From Promethearchaeota archaeon (GTDB lineage: Archaea; Asgardarchaeota; Thorarchaeia; Thorarchaeales; Thorarchaeaceae): DNA of 64,000 bases. The notes below the pieces were generated by a model. The model saw nothing but the letters and a program-made list of their open reading frames with translations. It was not told the origin of the DNA and did not search any database. The stretch spans positions 64,001-128,000 of the forward strand of contig WJMJ01000046.1 in NCBI GenBank assembly GCA_014728035.1. The letters run 5' to 3'. The position numbers and the translations under genes were made by a program. Each line of letters starts with the position of its first letter. Within the stretch, counting starts at the first letter, position 1. Below are positions 41,004 to 50,711 of this stretch, one piece after another.

Positions 41004-41125
41004 CTATACCGTGTGCAATATATTATTTTATACACATAAAATGGACCATCAGTTCCAATTGTTATGTCTACAGTGCATCATAGATGATCCATAACTCAAA
41101 TATTCAATGAGAAACTAGCTATAGG

Positions 41126-41800
41126 TCATGCAAGATGCAGCAATGCAACTTCTTTCTCCTCAGACAGTTCTTCGACCTCATCAGGAAAGTACCATTTTTT
41201 CAAGAAGTATTTGATAGTGACTTCATCCTGTTCATAGAGTGAAGAACGGAGTTTCCATATGATGGTGTCCTTCTTAATCAAGATACCTTCGGATAATTGA
41301 TCTTGTATTTCCAAGATGATATCCAAAGCCCTGTCAACCGTTCGCCTGTTGACACCTGCACGCCTCGCTATCGCAGACACAGAGAGGTTATCCTCAATCT
41401 CCAAGACCCGATATATTCGCTCTACTACCTCCTCTACCGAGGTCCGTTCTTTGGAGGGGAACAATTCACAAATCTCCTCTTCGGAGATGGGTTCTTCGGC
41501 AGCCTCGAAGAATCGTTTCTGGATATACCATCGTCGAATCTCTTCAGGCAGACGTATCTTGTCCAAGCGGTCTCGGACCCAGACTATTCGTCCAGCCTTC
41601 CCCTTCATCACCCGGATCTGATGCGACGCAAACTCATCCTGCAACCTGACGAAGAAGTTCACTGCACGCTCAATGGCACGCCAATCAATCCCTGTTGATT
41701 CTGCAATGTTATGGATAGTTGTTGGCGATTCTTCTTTGATCTGCTCCAGTGTATTCTTGATGGTTTCTTCGAAGGAGGTTCGTTGGGACATGATAATCAC
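41126..41800 (-). CDS. Protein with two tandem winged-HTH-like repeats
   Basis: TIHNIAESTGIDWRAIERAV...QD..IVW..WYIQKRFF vs SVSAIARRAGVNRRTVDRAL...QD..IIW..YFLKKWYF. Confidence 0.75.
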   Translation of the reverse strand: MIIMSQRTSFEETIKNTLEQIKEESPTTIHNIAESTGIDWRAIERAVNFFVRLQDEFASHQIRVMKGKAGRIVWVRDRLDKIRLPEEIRRWYIQKRFFEAAEEPISEEEICELFPSKERTSVEEVVERIYRVLEIEDNLSVSAIARRAGVNRRTVDRALDIILEIQDQLSEGILIKKDTIIWKLRSSLYEQDEVTIKYFLKKWYFPDEVEELSEEKEVALLHLA

Positions 41801-41804
41801 ATTC

Positions 41805-41865
41805 AGTTACGTCGGTAGTTACGTCGGTAGTTACGTCGGTAGTTACGTCGGTAGTTACGTAGTTA
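41805..41865. repeat. Perfect 12-bp tandem repeat AGTTACGTCGGT x4 plus partial copies
   Basis: Units start at 41805, 41817, 41829, 41841; then AGTTACGT and AGTTA. Confidence 0.97.
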
Positions 41866-41973
41866 AGACTCATTTATGCTTATAATAATTATCATAGTGT
41901 CTATCATATATTTTATACCATAATAATACTGATTATTTTGTTACAATACACAATACTAATATAGTAAATTGAT

Positions 41974-42288
41974 ATGCACAAGACCATGTTCTCCAAGATC
42001 GACCTCATCATCATGGCCTGCATGTACAGAGAAGATCGAATTGGCAAACATCACGGGAATATCGAGAACATACTGAAATTTTGCGTTCCAAAGGAATATC
42101 GAGACCGTCATCGTATGAGTAAGGTAAAGAAAGGAATGAGGAGACTTGCAAGCAGAGGATATTTGATTCTCAAACAAGGCAGATTTGAAGCATTCGCACT
42201 CACTATAGAAGGTGTACGTGTTGTAGAACGCTGGATTGATGGATGGTCACTTGACCAAATCAATGATGCTGAAGAACAAGGGCAATAG
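41974..42288 (+). CDS. Small basic winged-helix-like protein
   Basis: VKKGMRRLASRGYL...FALTIEG recognition helix and wing pattern. Confidence 0.6.
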   Translation: MHKTMFSKIDLIIMACMYREDRIGKHHGNIENILKFCVPKEYRDRHRMSKVKKGMRRLASRGYLILKQGRFEAFALTIEGVRVVERWIDGWSLDQINDAEEQGQ

Positions 42289-42326
42289 GAAATCCTTGCA
42301 CACTTGTGACTAAATAGAAACTACTT

Positions 42327-42737
42327 CTACAGTCTAATTGGATTGGGTCCAATCTTACGAATCTCCTCAGCAAATTTGTTGATTTCCGAGGCGAAGAGGT
42401 CTCCCTCTGCGGCGCTCACGAACACCATCTTCACACGATCCTCGTTGAGACCCATCTGGCCCACCAACTTTCTCGCAAACCGGACTCGGCGCTCTGCTCC
42501 CAGATTTCCAGTCTTGTACGCACAGTCTCCAGGATGGCATCCAACAACGAGCACACCATCAGCCCCTTCCTGCAATGCTTTGAGGATGAAGTTGATGTCC
42601 AGCCTCGCTGTGCACGGCATTCGGATAATCCTGCTGCTCACGTCATACTGTAATTTCATGGTTCCGGCTAGGTCACTTGCTGCATACATGCACTGCATAC
42701 AGCCGAACACTATGATATTCATATCTTTGGGAGCCAC
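42327..42737 (-). CDS. mvhD: MvhD hydrogenase 2Fe-2S subunit (stand-alone)
   Basis: FGCMQCMYAASDLAG, RMPCTAR, GADGVLVVGCHPGDC, IGPNPI; GAGGTG SD before GTG 42737. Confidence 0.92.
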   Translation of the reverse strand: MAPKDMNIIVFGCMQCMYAASDLAGTMKLQYDVSSRIIRMPCTARLDINFILKALQEGADGVLVVGCHPGDCAYKTGNLGAERRVRFARKLVGQMGLNEDRVKMVFVSAAEGDLFASEINKFAEEIRKIGPNPIRL

Positions 42738-42830
42738 TGAGAGAACACCTCGATAATACGGAGAGAAAAAGAAAGAGAGGGACATATAATCTTTCAGATA
42801 GATTACGATATCCCGTCACCCAAGGATGTT

Positions 42831-42882
42831 TCGGCTGCATGCACCGACCTGTCAGATTCAGAATGAGAGTGAACCTCATCAG
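42831..42882 (-). ncRNA. Candidate box C/D guide sRNA
   Basis: UGAUGA - 14 nt - CUGA - AUC - UGACA - about 15 nt - CCGA, followed by two hairpins and a U-rich tract. Confidence 0.55.
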
Positions 42883-43036
42883 AGACCTCTAACTTCCGTG
42901 TTCCATCATTCACTCTGCTTCTGCTATGGCAATAGAGCAGGGCTTCAACCATTTTCAAAGGAATAGTGCATAGATTGAATAGATTAGAATCTATACATAT
43001 CATAGGATAGTACAACAAATAGCAGGAGGATGTACT

Positions 43037-43495
43037 ATGGTACTCAGCATAGAAGACAGAAAGATAGCAGACAAAGTACGAGAGTTGGGCGACGCAGTCG
43101 AATCTATGGAGATTGAGAGAATTGCATCAATGTTTACAGAGGATTGCAAGATATACATTCTCAATAAAGAACTGACTGGGAAAGAGGGAGTACGAGCCTG
43201 GCTAAATTGGCTCTTTCAAAACTTAGTATCCATCAGTTTTGAACCAATCACTGCAGCTGTCAAGGGAGACACATTCTATGAGGAGTTTCTGGTGATAGGA
43301 ACCATGAGGTCAGATGAAGTAATCACATCAAGACAAGCAGAAGTGATAGTCATAGACCGCGAGTCTATGAAGATAAAGAGCCTTCGCCTGTATTTTGACC
43401 GTATGGATTTTCTAAATTCCATATCGACAGACCCAATTACAAGATGGGCATCACGGAGATTGAAGAAACGCACAAGAAAAGGACTGGAAACATAA
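43037..43495 (+). CDS. SnoaL/NTF2-like protein
   Basis: IASMFTEDC, GKEGVRAW, KIKSLRLYFD. Confidence 0.8.
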   Translation: MVLSIEDRKIADKVRELGDAVESMEIERIASMFTEDCKIYILNKELTGKEGVRAWLNWLFQNLVSISFEPITAAVKGDTFYEEFLVIGTMRSDEVITSRQAEVIVIDRESMKIKSLRLYFDRMDFLNSISTDPITRWASRRLKKRTRKGLET

Positions 43496-43520
43496 CGACA
43501 GGAGCAAGCTAGTGTTTCTG

Positions 43521-43967
43521 TCAATCCATCTTCTTGAACACCAATTCGAATCTAACAGACCCATCACTATTCAGATCTGCAAACCTAAGTATATCTGAGT
43601 CCAGCAATTCGTATTTGAGAAAACCACTTTCAGGTTTATCTGAATTGACAAAGACCGCATGACTATCGGAAACTTCTGTTAAGATCAAATGAGCAGGGCT
43701 CTCTTTTTCCTCCCAGCTCACAAAATCCTTGTTGAAATGACGAAGGTAGAGATGAACGAGGTTATCCTGTTTCAATAGAGTAAAGATTTCGTAAAGATAA
43801 ATTTCTCCTTTCTTCATCCATCTGAACGTTCCAGAGATAACACCGTGTGCCTCATCCAACCAATATTCATCAAACTCATCTTCGCCTTCAACTCCTTTCC
43901 ATAGACCACATAGAAAACGAAGTTGTGAAACAGAACTCCCCCGCAATGGATTTTTTGAATGAGTCAT
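43521..43967 (-). CDS. Hypothetical beta-rich protein (DUF6265-like)
   Basis: LRFLCGLWKG, EYW, LYLRHF..WEEK. Confidence 0.65.
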   Translation of the reverse strand: MTHSKNPLRGSSVSQLRFLCGLWKGVEGEDEFDEYWLDEAHGVISGTFRWMKKGEIYLYEIFTLLKQDNLVHLYLRHFNKDFVSWEEKESPAHLILTEVSDSHAVFVNSDKPESGFLKYELLDSDILRFADLNSDGSVRFELVFKKMD

Positions 43968-44016
43968 AGGAATCAATTGCATAAACCACCTATTAAATTT
44001 CATAACAAAATGATAA

Positions 44017-44574
44017 TTATGCACGTTGCGTGTATGCATGTTGTACCAATGCTGAAATCTCGGAATCAAGTGGATAGCGATCCAGATATTCATCTCCTAA
44101 GAGAATTAGGGAGCTCCAATCCTCTAATTTTTCATAACAGCGAAGTGCAAGATAGTGTCCGTCTTTATATCCTGGAGCATATTGATGAATCTCCATCAAT
44201 ATTTCGAGGGCCTCATTCCAGTTTTGAGCTTCATAGTGATTTGTTGCCTCGGTGAACATTGAGATGACATGAATAGTTTCCACCTTTCTACGATAAGTTA
44301 TGACTCCCATCCCGTATAAAACACCGTCATGAACGATTCCCACAATTAATCCTACAATGAAAGCCCAAATTATTCCGACTTCAACAAAACCAATCCAAGC
44401 AAGAAGTGCAGAACCAGTACCCCAAGAGAGAGGTCGAAACACGTATTCGTATATCAATCGTCGACGACTAATAGGAATCTCTGACTCTTTCAATTGGTTC
44501 ATATATCTACTTCGAAATTTAGATATATTAGCACTGCTTTCTGAGTAAGATGGGCAGATTTTACTCTGCCCCAA
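44017..44574 (-). CDS. Membrane protein with C-terminal TPR-like helices
   Basis: Two TM segments, then YEAQNWNEA...YLALRCYEKL; start uncertain. Confidence 0.6.
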   Translation of the reverse strand: MGQSKICPSYSESSANISKFRSRYMNQLKESEIPISRRRLIYEYVFRPLSWGTGSALLAWIGFVEVGIIWAFIVGLIVGIVHDGVLYGMGVITYRRKVETIHVISMFTEATNHYEAQNWNEALEILMEIHQYAPGYKDGHYLALRCYEKLEDWSSLILLGDEYLDRYPLDSEISALVQHAYTQRA

Positions 44575-44588
44575 TCAGAAATCCGGGT

Positions 44589-45803
44589 TCAGTCGAGTAA
44601 GCGTTTTTCACCTTTGATTTTTCTGATTTCTGTTATGTCTTGGGATACTTCCAAACATCCAAGATAGTTATCAGAATCATCACGGACAGCAAAATACCGG
44701 ATATGAATCAGGCGACCTCCAAGATTTATCCAAAACTCTGCTGAATCACGCGAGCCGTCTCGGAAATCATTCAATATCTGTTTAACAACATGAACGCTCT
44801 TCTGAGGATGGCATAAATGAACGTCACGACCAATTACTGCTTTGGATCTGACAAAGATTCGTTCCGCAGAGTCACTGAAATATCGAACTTGGTCTTTTGC
44901 GTCAACAAAAGTGATGTCAATTGGGAGTGTGTTCAGTACAGCTTGAAGAGAATCCTTAGACATGGCACCCGTTTCAAACTGAACGAGGTCTTCTCTAACA
45001 TCTTTTGATGTTGTTTGTTTACTGACTGTTTCCTTAAATTCAGGAACATCAGGAGTAAAGCAACAATAACCGATTTCATCAAATTCCTTTCTTATTGTAG
45101 TCCACTCCTCTTCAGAGATAACCTGCAGAGATGTAGGAAATAGAATATTATTCTCTTTGTAAAAGTGGTCCGACAAGAGCTCGTTCATTTTGGAAATGAT
45201 TTTCACTATTTGAGTTATTTTTTCAAATAGAGAGGAATCGGTGTCATTGGTAAGTTCATACAATTGTTTCTCTGTTGAACGGATTTGATCGTGTTCCATC
45301 CACATAATAGCAGGAGGTTCTTTCACACCATGTTTCTCAAGATATGGAAATAGCACATTCTCTTCACGATGATAATGTTTTGATGATTCTTTGAAGTGAT
45401 GTACAAGGTGCTTCATTCGTTTTAGCTTCTCAGTTATCACATCTTGATTCATTTCACCAATCAAGGATTCTCCGATAATATAGAGTTCCTCCACAGTTGC
45501 GAGAAGAATTCGATGTTCTTCCATGAGTATATGGACAGGATGTCCGGGTGAGGCTAATGTTGACTCGCCTTCCAGACTTTCATCGAAGACTGCAAGGTGA
45601 ACATCACACAGTTTATGCACATTCTCTCGTGGCATCCCTTCTTTAATGAGCTCTTCTTCAGCTTTCGAGATAATTGAAGCATCCACACGGCGGAGAAAAT
45701 CCCCAAATTCCCGTTTGATTACATCAGGACTTTCTCCCTCATGTAACCGACTAATCATTGTTTTGATAGTCTTCTTCTTGTCTTCAAACATTGGTATCTC
45801 CAC
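44589..45803 (-). CDS. DUF438 / hemerythrin / PAS domain protein
   Basis: AEEELIKEG..LCDVH, GHPVH, HYHREENVLFP, MWMEHD, LPIDITFVD, CHP. Confidence 0.9.
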   Translation of the reverse strand: MEIPMFEDKKKTIKTMISRLHEGESPDVIKREFGDFLRRVDASIISKAEEELIKEGMPRENVHKLCDVHLAVFDESLEGESTLASPGHPVHILMEEHRILLATVEELYIIGESLIGEMNQDVITEKLKRMKHLVHHFKESSKHYHREENVLFPYLEKHGVKEPPAIMWMEHDQIRSTEKQLYELTNDTDSSLFEKITQIVKIISKMNELLSDHFYKENNILFPTSLQVISEEEWTTIRKEFDEIGYCCFTPDVPEFKETVSKQTTSKDVREDLVQFETGAMSKDSLQAVLNTLPIDITFVDAKDQVRYFSDSAERIFVRSKAVIGRDVHLCHPQKSVHVVKQILNDFRDGSRDSAEFWINLGGRLIHIRYFAVRDDSDNYLGCLEVSQDITEIRKIKGEKRLLD

Positions 45804-45939
45804 ATATTCAACATTAACTATTGTTAATAAATTATGGAGTTACCAAACGGGAAGTAAAAGAATAGTTTAAGGTCGCAAACTGGAACAGTTTATTAAAAAA
45901 AGTAAGACAACCGAAAGAGGTTGTCATTCTATGTTTTGT

Positions 45940-46818
45940 TTAGTTATCATAAGGTGTGCTGCCTTTGACTACAGGTCGATTGGGGTCTGCAGACCACTCC
46001 GTAAAGCTCCCCTCATAGAGTTGAACTCTCTCGTAGCCAAGGAGATGTTTGAAGATAAGGTATTCATTGGTTGCTTCACGGCCAGTACCACAGCTGCAGA
46101 TAATTTGCTTGTCAGGTGTAGCACCAACTTTCTCAACTATTGCTTTAATTTCCTCAAGTTCTTTTAGAAGACGAGGATTATCCGTATGCATGAGGTTTGC
46201 CCAGGGAAGATTAACTGCTCCAGGAATGTGTCCATCTTTGATCCACGGGGTGCTTTCACCCTTATACAGATGAGGAGGTCTAGCATCTAAGAGAATCACA
46301 TCATCCTGATCTTTGATTTTTATGAGGTCATCAGTGGTAATCTTCATATCTTCTTTAGCATCAGCCTTGAATTTTGTAGTCTTGACCTTCGGAAATTCTT
46401 GAGATATTGGTTTTCCTTCAGATATCCACTTTTCAAGGCCGCCATCAAGAATGTAGACTTCTTTTGCACCAAACCGTATGAGCGTGTACGCCATGAATGG
46501 CTGCTCCAGTCCATCACCCCAATTCTTGAAATCGCCTTTGTGAGTGTAGAGCACGACAATGGTTTCATTATCGATACCGACTTGAGCAAAAAGCTCAGCA
46601 AGTTGGTGGGGCTCCAGATAGACTGCAGGCTGACCATCTTTTGTTGCACGTTGCAAGTTTGGACTAAGATAAACCGAACCAGGTATATGTTGTAAGAAAT
46701 AATCATGAGGGTTTGGTTGAACATCTAGAATGAACACATCATCCATATGTTTCTCCAACCAATCCGTTGAAACATATTTTACGGAACCATGTCCAAGGGG
46801 AGCATTATCAATTTTCAT
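45940..46818 (-). CDS. Two-domain rhodanese/thiosulfate sulfurtransferase
   Basis: HIPG twice, LDGG..KW, CGTGREA, YEGSFTEW. Confidence 0.92.
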   Translation of the reverse strand: MKIDNAPLGHGSVKYVSTDWLEKHMDDVFILDVQPNPHDYFLQHIPGSVYLSPNLQRATKDGQPAVYLEPHQLAELFAQVGIDNETIVVLYTHKGDFKNWGDGLEQPFMAYTLIRFGAKEVYILDGGLEKWISEGKPISQEFPKVKTTKFKADAKEDMKITTDDLIKIKDQDDVILLDARPPHLYKGESTPWIKDGHIPGAVNLPWANLMHTDNPRLLKELEEIKAIVEKVGATPDKQIICSCGTGREATNEYLIFKHLLGYERVQLYEGSFTEWSADPNRPVVKGSTPYDN

Positions 46819-46894
46819 AGTTAACTATATTGAATTAGTTATATAAAAATCTTAGCTAATGTTGAGAATAAACAGTGTGTGATTGTACTGTCCT

Positions 46895-47269
46895 CTATGT
46901 TGTAACCACCTTATCACGTTCTGCAGTCCAAGGAGGAGAAACCAGACAGAGAAAGACCAACTCAGTTCCACCAGTATTCTCAATGTACTGAACTGCACCA
47001 GGAGGGATATAGATGGTATCTCTGGGACCTACTAGAGCAGATTCATCATCAATATACATCACACCTATTCCTTGAAGAATGTAGTAGACCTCAGATGCCC
47101 CCTCTATTACATGAGGAATAGATGCACTCCCAGGTTCAACAATGGCATGGGCAATGCTATATTGCATTTTAAGATTTAATTTTCCATGAGCGGGGTTCAG
47201 CAGCTCCCTCAGACGAGTCGAATCGTTAGCAATAATCTCCTCACAATCTTCAAACTTACGAATAAGCAT
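46895..47269 (-). CDS. Cupin domain protein
   Basis: H...EVYYILQG.G, YIPPG...IEN. Confidence 0.88.
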   Translation of the reverse strand: MLIRKFEDCEEIIANDSTRLRELLNPAHGKLNLKMQYSIAHAIVEPGSASIPHVIEGASEVYYILQGIGVMYIDDESALVGPRDTIYIPPGAVQYIENTGGTELVFLCLVSPPWTAERDKVVTT

Positions 47270-47319
47270 CACGAAACACCAGTAGTGCAAACATTAGTCT
47301 AACCATAAATATCTCTTCA

Positions 47320-48135
47320 TTAGGTCTGACATCGAGGACAGATATAGCTGGTTGTCGAACCAACACGGATCTTTTCGATTATAGATTGACAACGGGGGCA
47401 TGGTTTTCCGGTACGATATGCAACCTGATAGTGCTCTGGATAGCGTCCCTCATTTCCCCATATATCATGTTCTTTGGGGCCGCCGCCATAACGAATCCCT
47501 TCCTGAAGAGTAACCAGAATTGCTTGATGAAGAAGAGAGATGTCAATATCAGATAATGTGTTGGCTTTTCGTTCAGGATGCAATCGGGCACGCCAAAGAA
47601 TATCTTGGATATACACGTTCCCAATTCCTGCAATCACACGTTGGTCAAGTAAGTAGCTCTTGATTCGTCCTCGACGACCTGATAGAATATCCGATAATTT
47701 GCCTCTAGAAAATTCAGTTGATAGTGGCTCAACTCCTAAATTTCCTATTTGTTTGTGGCAATGAATCTCAGTAGATTCGATAAGATGAACATGTCCAAAC
47801 CACCAGAAATGAATCCAGAGTTGTTTGGAATTATCTAAATGAAGCACCACTCGTTCCTTCTTGGGATCGGGTTTTTCTTCGGCCGCATGCAATATAATCT
47901 CTCCGCCCATTCCTAAATTAAACGCTAATACAAGATTCTTATCAAGTTCAGCTAGAATCCATTTTCCCCGTTGGCGTATTTGCATAATCTTTCTACCAGT
48001 TATCAGAGAGATGAAAACTTCGACCGTCTTGTTGAGAACTTTAGGCTGATTGACTGTCGCATCTATAATAGTGCGTCCAGGTAGAACTTCGTTCATACTT
48101 CGAGTTAATACAACAATGTCTGGCAATTCAGGCAT
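47320..48135 (-). CDS. Fpg/Nei family DNA glycosylase
   Basis: MPELPD, RGKW, LGMGG, LLDQ..AGIGNVY H2TH, CPRC..CPRCQ Zn finger. Confidence 0.92.
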   Translation of the reverse strand: MPELPDIVVLTRSMNEVLPGRTIIDATVNQPKVLNKTVEVFISLITGRKIMQIRQRGKWILAELDKNLVLAFNLGMGGEIILHAAEEKPDPKKERVVLHLDNSKQLWIHFWWFGHVHLIESTEIHCHKQIGNLGVEPLSTEFSRGKLSDILSGRRGRIKSYLLDQRVIAGIGNVYIQDILWRARLHPERKANTLSDIDISLLHQAILVTLQEGIRYGGGPKEHDIWGNEGRYPEHYQVAYRTGKPCPRCQSIIEKIRVGSTTSYICPRCQT

Positions 48136-48177
48136 GGCCACAAACACCGACCATGCACGAATCACCTTTTACTTCAA

Positions 48178-49188
48178 TCATTCGTTCGATGCTTTTCTTT
48201 TCCACATCCAATATGCAGGAACCAGCAATCCAAGTACCGAAAGGTTGACGATTGTGAAACTGGTAATTCCAACTTGGACAATATCACCCCATCCGGTAGC
48301 AGCGGCGAGTAATCGATTAACTTGAGATCCCACACGACTCAGAATAACCAGAAGGACCACAGTAATCGCGGTCAGAGGGCGGAGAGATTCATTTTCATGT
48401 ACCTTAGCCACAGTTGATGAAAGCCCATAGAAAAGAAGAATGGATTGTACGAGAATATCAAAGAGAGTCCATTGGGGATTTGAAATGTTCACCAGACGGA
48501 AGGTATAGAATAGACCAATACAAAACAATACAAGGACCATAAAGCTTGATTGTTCAGGGCCTTTTGTTTTATCACGAAATAGAATAGTTACAACTGGCAG
48601 TAAGATCATACCTAGCGGAAACATCAACAGAATCATCTGTTGTTCGAATGGTAAAGATTCCAGTCCAAGGAGAGTATAGGCACCACCAAAAGAAATTATG
48701 CCAATAATCAAAAAGAAGAAAAACACAACCCAATTTATAGAGGGCCTGGATTCAATCTTATTCCGAATAGATTTGCCTATATTCCAGCCTAGAAGAACGG
48801 TGAAATAACCAGTTATCAGTGCATCTCCAAATGACAGAGATACACCAACAGGAGGCCCAAGAATTGCAGTTATTGGTCCAAGCACCATAAACAATGCAAT
48901 CACAACAAAACTAAGCAGGACTTGATTACGAAATGCATTAGGTCCATTGAAAAAGAGATGTTGCCCCTTGGCCACAAGAGAGAAGATAATCAATAGTATG
49001 ATGAAATACTGAAATGAGACTACAATTGATATCGCCAAACCTTGAAAGGGATCAGTGATAATGGGATCGAGTCCTCCAAACATTATAATCCAGAGAGAGA
49101 TGATAGCTGTAGCTACAAGTGAAAGGATGAAACTAAAACTGTACCAAGTCTTTGTTAGAAGGAGTCTAAGTCCTTTAATGAATCTCAT
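48178..49188 (-). CDS. Hypothetical polytopic membrane protein
   Basis: About 9-10 hydrophobic segments. Confidence 0.7.
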   Translation of the reverse strand: MRFIKGLRLLLTKTWYSFSFILSLVATAIISLWIIMFGGLDPIITDPFQGLAISIVVSFQYFIILLIIFSLVAKGQHLFFNGPNAFRNQVLLSFVVIALFMVLGPITAILGPPVGVSLSFGDALITGYFTVLLGWNIGKSIRNKIESRPSINWVVFFFFLIIGIISFGGAYTLLGLESLPFEQQMILLMFPLGMILLPVVTILFRDKTKGPEQSSFMVLVLFCIGLFYTFRLVNISNPQWTLFDILVQSILLFYGLSSTVAKVHENESLRPLTAITVVLLVILSRVGSQVNRLLAAATGWGDIVQVGITSFTIVNLSVLGLLVPAYWMWKRKASNE

Positions 49189-49403
49189 GATGGCATTCCT
49201 CTTATGCTATGTTCTTGTAGTAATCAATGTATGATATAGACTTGTTTTGTTTATCGTGTAGCTAGCGTGCCTCAATCAAACGACTCTGCGGTGGTTAAAA
49301 CGAGATATTGTAGAGTAAGAGATGTTAGAAGTCTGAAATTATATCTACAGGTGTGTAGATAACCATTCCACAAATCTTCATCGTTATCATCTTTGATAGC
49401 AAA

Positions 49404-50357
49404 TTATGATCGTAATAAGACACTACCGAGTACAATAATGTTCACAATAAGTCCAATTCCGTATGCAACATCAATTAGTGTAATCAACGGGTTAACACCT
49501 GCAAAGACGAATAACCATGTACTGATAGTAATAACAGATAACACAAGTAGTACTAGAATAGTACGTTCACCTTTAGTGAGAGGTTTCTCATGTACTGTAA
49601 GCACACGAATCCAAAGAACGATAGCAATACCAAGTAGAGGGGGAAGAGGTATGAGAATAACGCATAGAAAAGGTAAGATAATACCACTGAGTTGAAGACG
49701 AATCTGTTCGATTCGCTCACTATAGTTTGCAAATTCCTCAGCATATACCTTCCCATATTCTTTCCAAACCGTTGATTGGTATCCTTTCCAGATAGAGAAT
49801 TTTGTACCAGAGAACTTGTCTTTGATCTTATCGATAGTGCTTTTTTCATACTCGGGGTCATATGCACCACGTATTGCAGGAATGGCGTATATCATGAGCA
49901 TAAGAGACCAAATACCATACAATAATACCAAATTATCAAGGAGGGTAACAAGTTCCGTTCCAAAGAGGGTCTGTAAAATACTAGTTGTACCAGGATTTAG
50001 TGCATTGTATATCTTATAGACCCCATAACCAACGATAACAAATACAGGAATAATTAGTAGTAATTTGAAGCGACGTGCTCTATCAGCATTACCTTTTAAC
50101 CATTCAGAGTTCATCTGAAAAGCAATCGTGCAGATGCTGGCATATGTTAGCATTATACCTGTTCCGCTGAGAAACTTCATGGAAATTCCTGATATTCCAG
50201 CAGCATACAGAAATAGTGGTGAATTGGAGAGAATAGTTGGGTTCCAGTCATTGAAAAATAGCATCAATAACAAAATGAGACTTCCAATTAGAACTGCTAG
50301 AAGGTAACTAGTACCTAATCGATCTGCAATCTTTTTTCCAATGCCACCCATAAGCAA
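49404..50357 (-). CDS. Hypothetical polytopic membrane protein
   Basis: About 7 hydrophobic segments with a central soluble loop. Confidence 0.7.
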   Translation of the reverse strand: MLMGGIGKKIADRLGTSYLLAVLIGSLILLLMLFFNDWNPTILSNSPLFLYAAGISGISMKFLSGTGIMLTYASICTIAFQMNSEWLKGNADRARRFKLLLIIPVFVIVGYGVYKIYNALNPGTTSILQTLFGTELVTLLDNLVLLYGIWSLMLMIYAIPAIRGAYDPEYEKSTIDKIKDKFSGTKFSIWKGYQSTVWKEYGKVYAEEFANYSERIEQIRLQLSGIILPFLCVILIPLPPLLGIAIVLWIRVLTVHEKPLTKGERTILVLLVLSVITISTWLFVFAGVNPLITLIDVAYGIGLIVNIIVLGSVLLRS

Positions 50358-50445
50358 TCATCCACCTTTACTAATTCCTCCGTCCTATATTAAGAGTCGT
50401 ACTGATTTCTGTGGTGTTTATACGGTAATATCGACATAAAGCTCC

Positions 50446-50691
50446 ATGAGGCGAAAACTAAAGACCAAAGTATGGGATAAAAAGCAAGCCAAGTTTGTAG
50501 AAGTTCCAATTGCAAAAAAACCAGATGTTGATTTGGCATGCTCACAGTGCAGATACTTTGAACAAGCAACTCGCCAGTGTAAAGGCATTGGATCTTGGTT
50601 TTATGATAGAGAGATCCCATATCCTGAATATGTTCCCAAAATTTCAGAGTGCAAAATACGACTCCCCCTCAACCTATTTGCATATGTATGA
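50446..50691 (+). CDS. Small basic Cys-rich hypothetical protein
   Basis: CSQC.YF....C...C. Confidence 0.5.
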   Translation: MRRKLKTKVWDKKQAKFVEVPIAKKPDVDLACSQCRYFEQATRQCKGIGSWFYDREIPYPEYVPKISECKIRLPLNLFAYV

Positions 50692-50711
50692 TTTCTTCTT
50701 TCAAATTGGAA

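Noticed and set aside
41805-41865. CRISPR array
   Set aside because: 12-bp head-to-tail repeats with no spacers and no cas genes
42800-42890. Hammerhead ribozyme (CUGAUGA...GAAAC...AUC on the minus strand)
   Set aside because: Stems II and III are only partly plausible, with a C-A mismatch next to the cleavage triplet, and stem I does not form. A box C/D reading fits better
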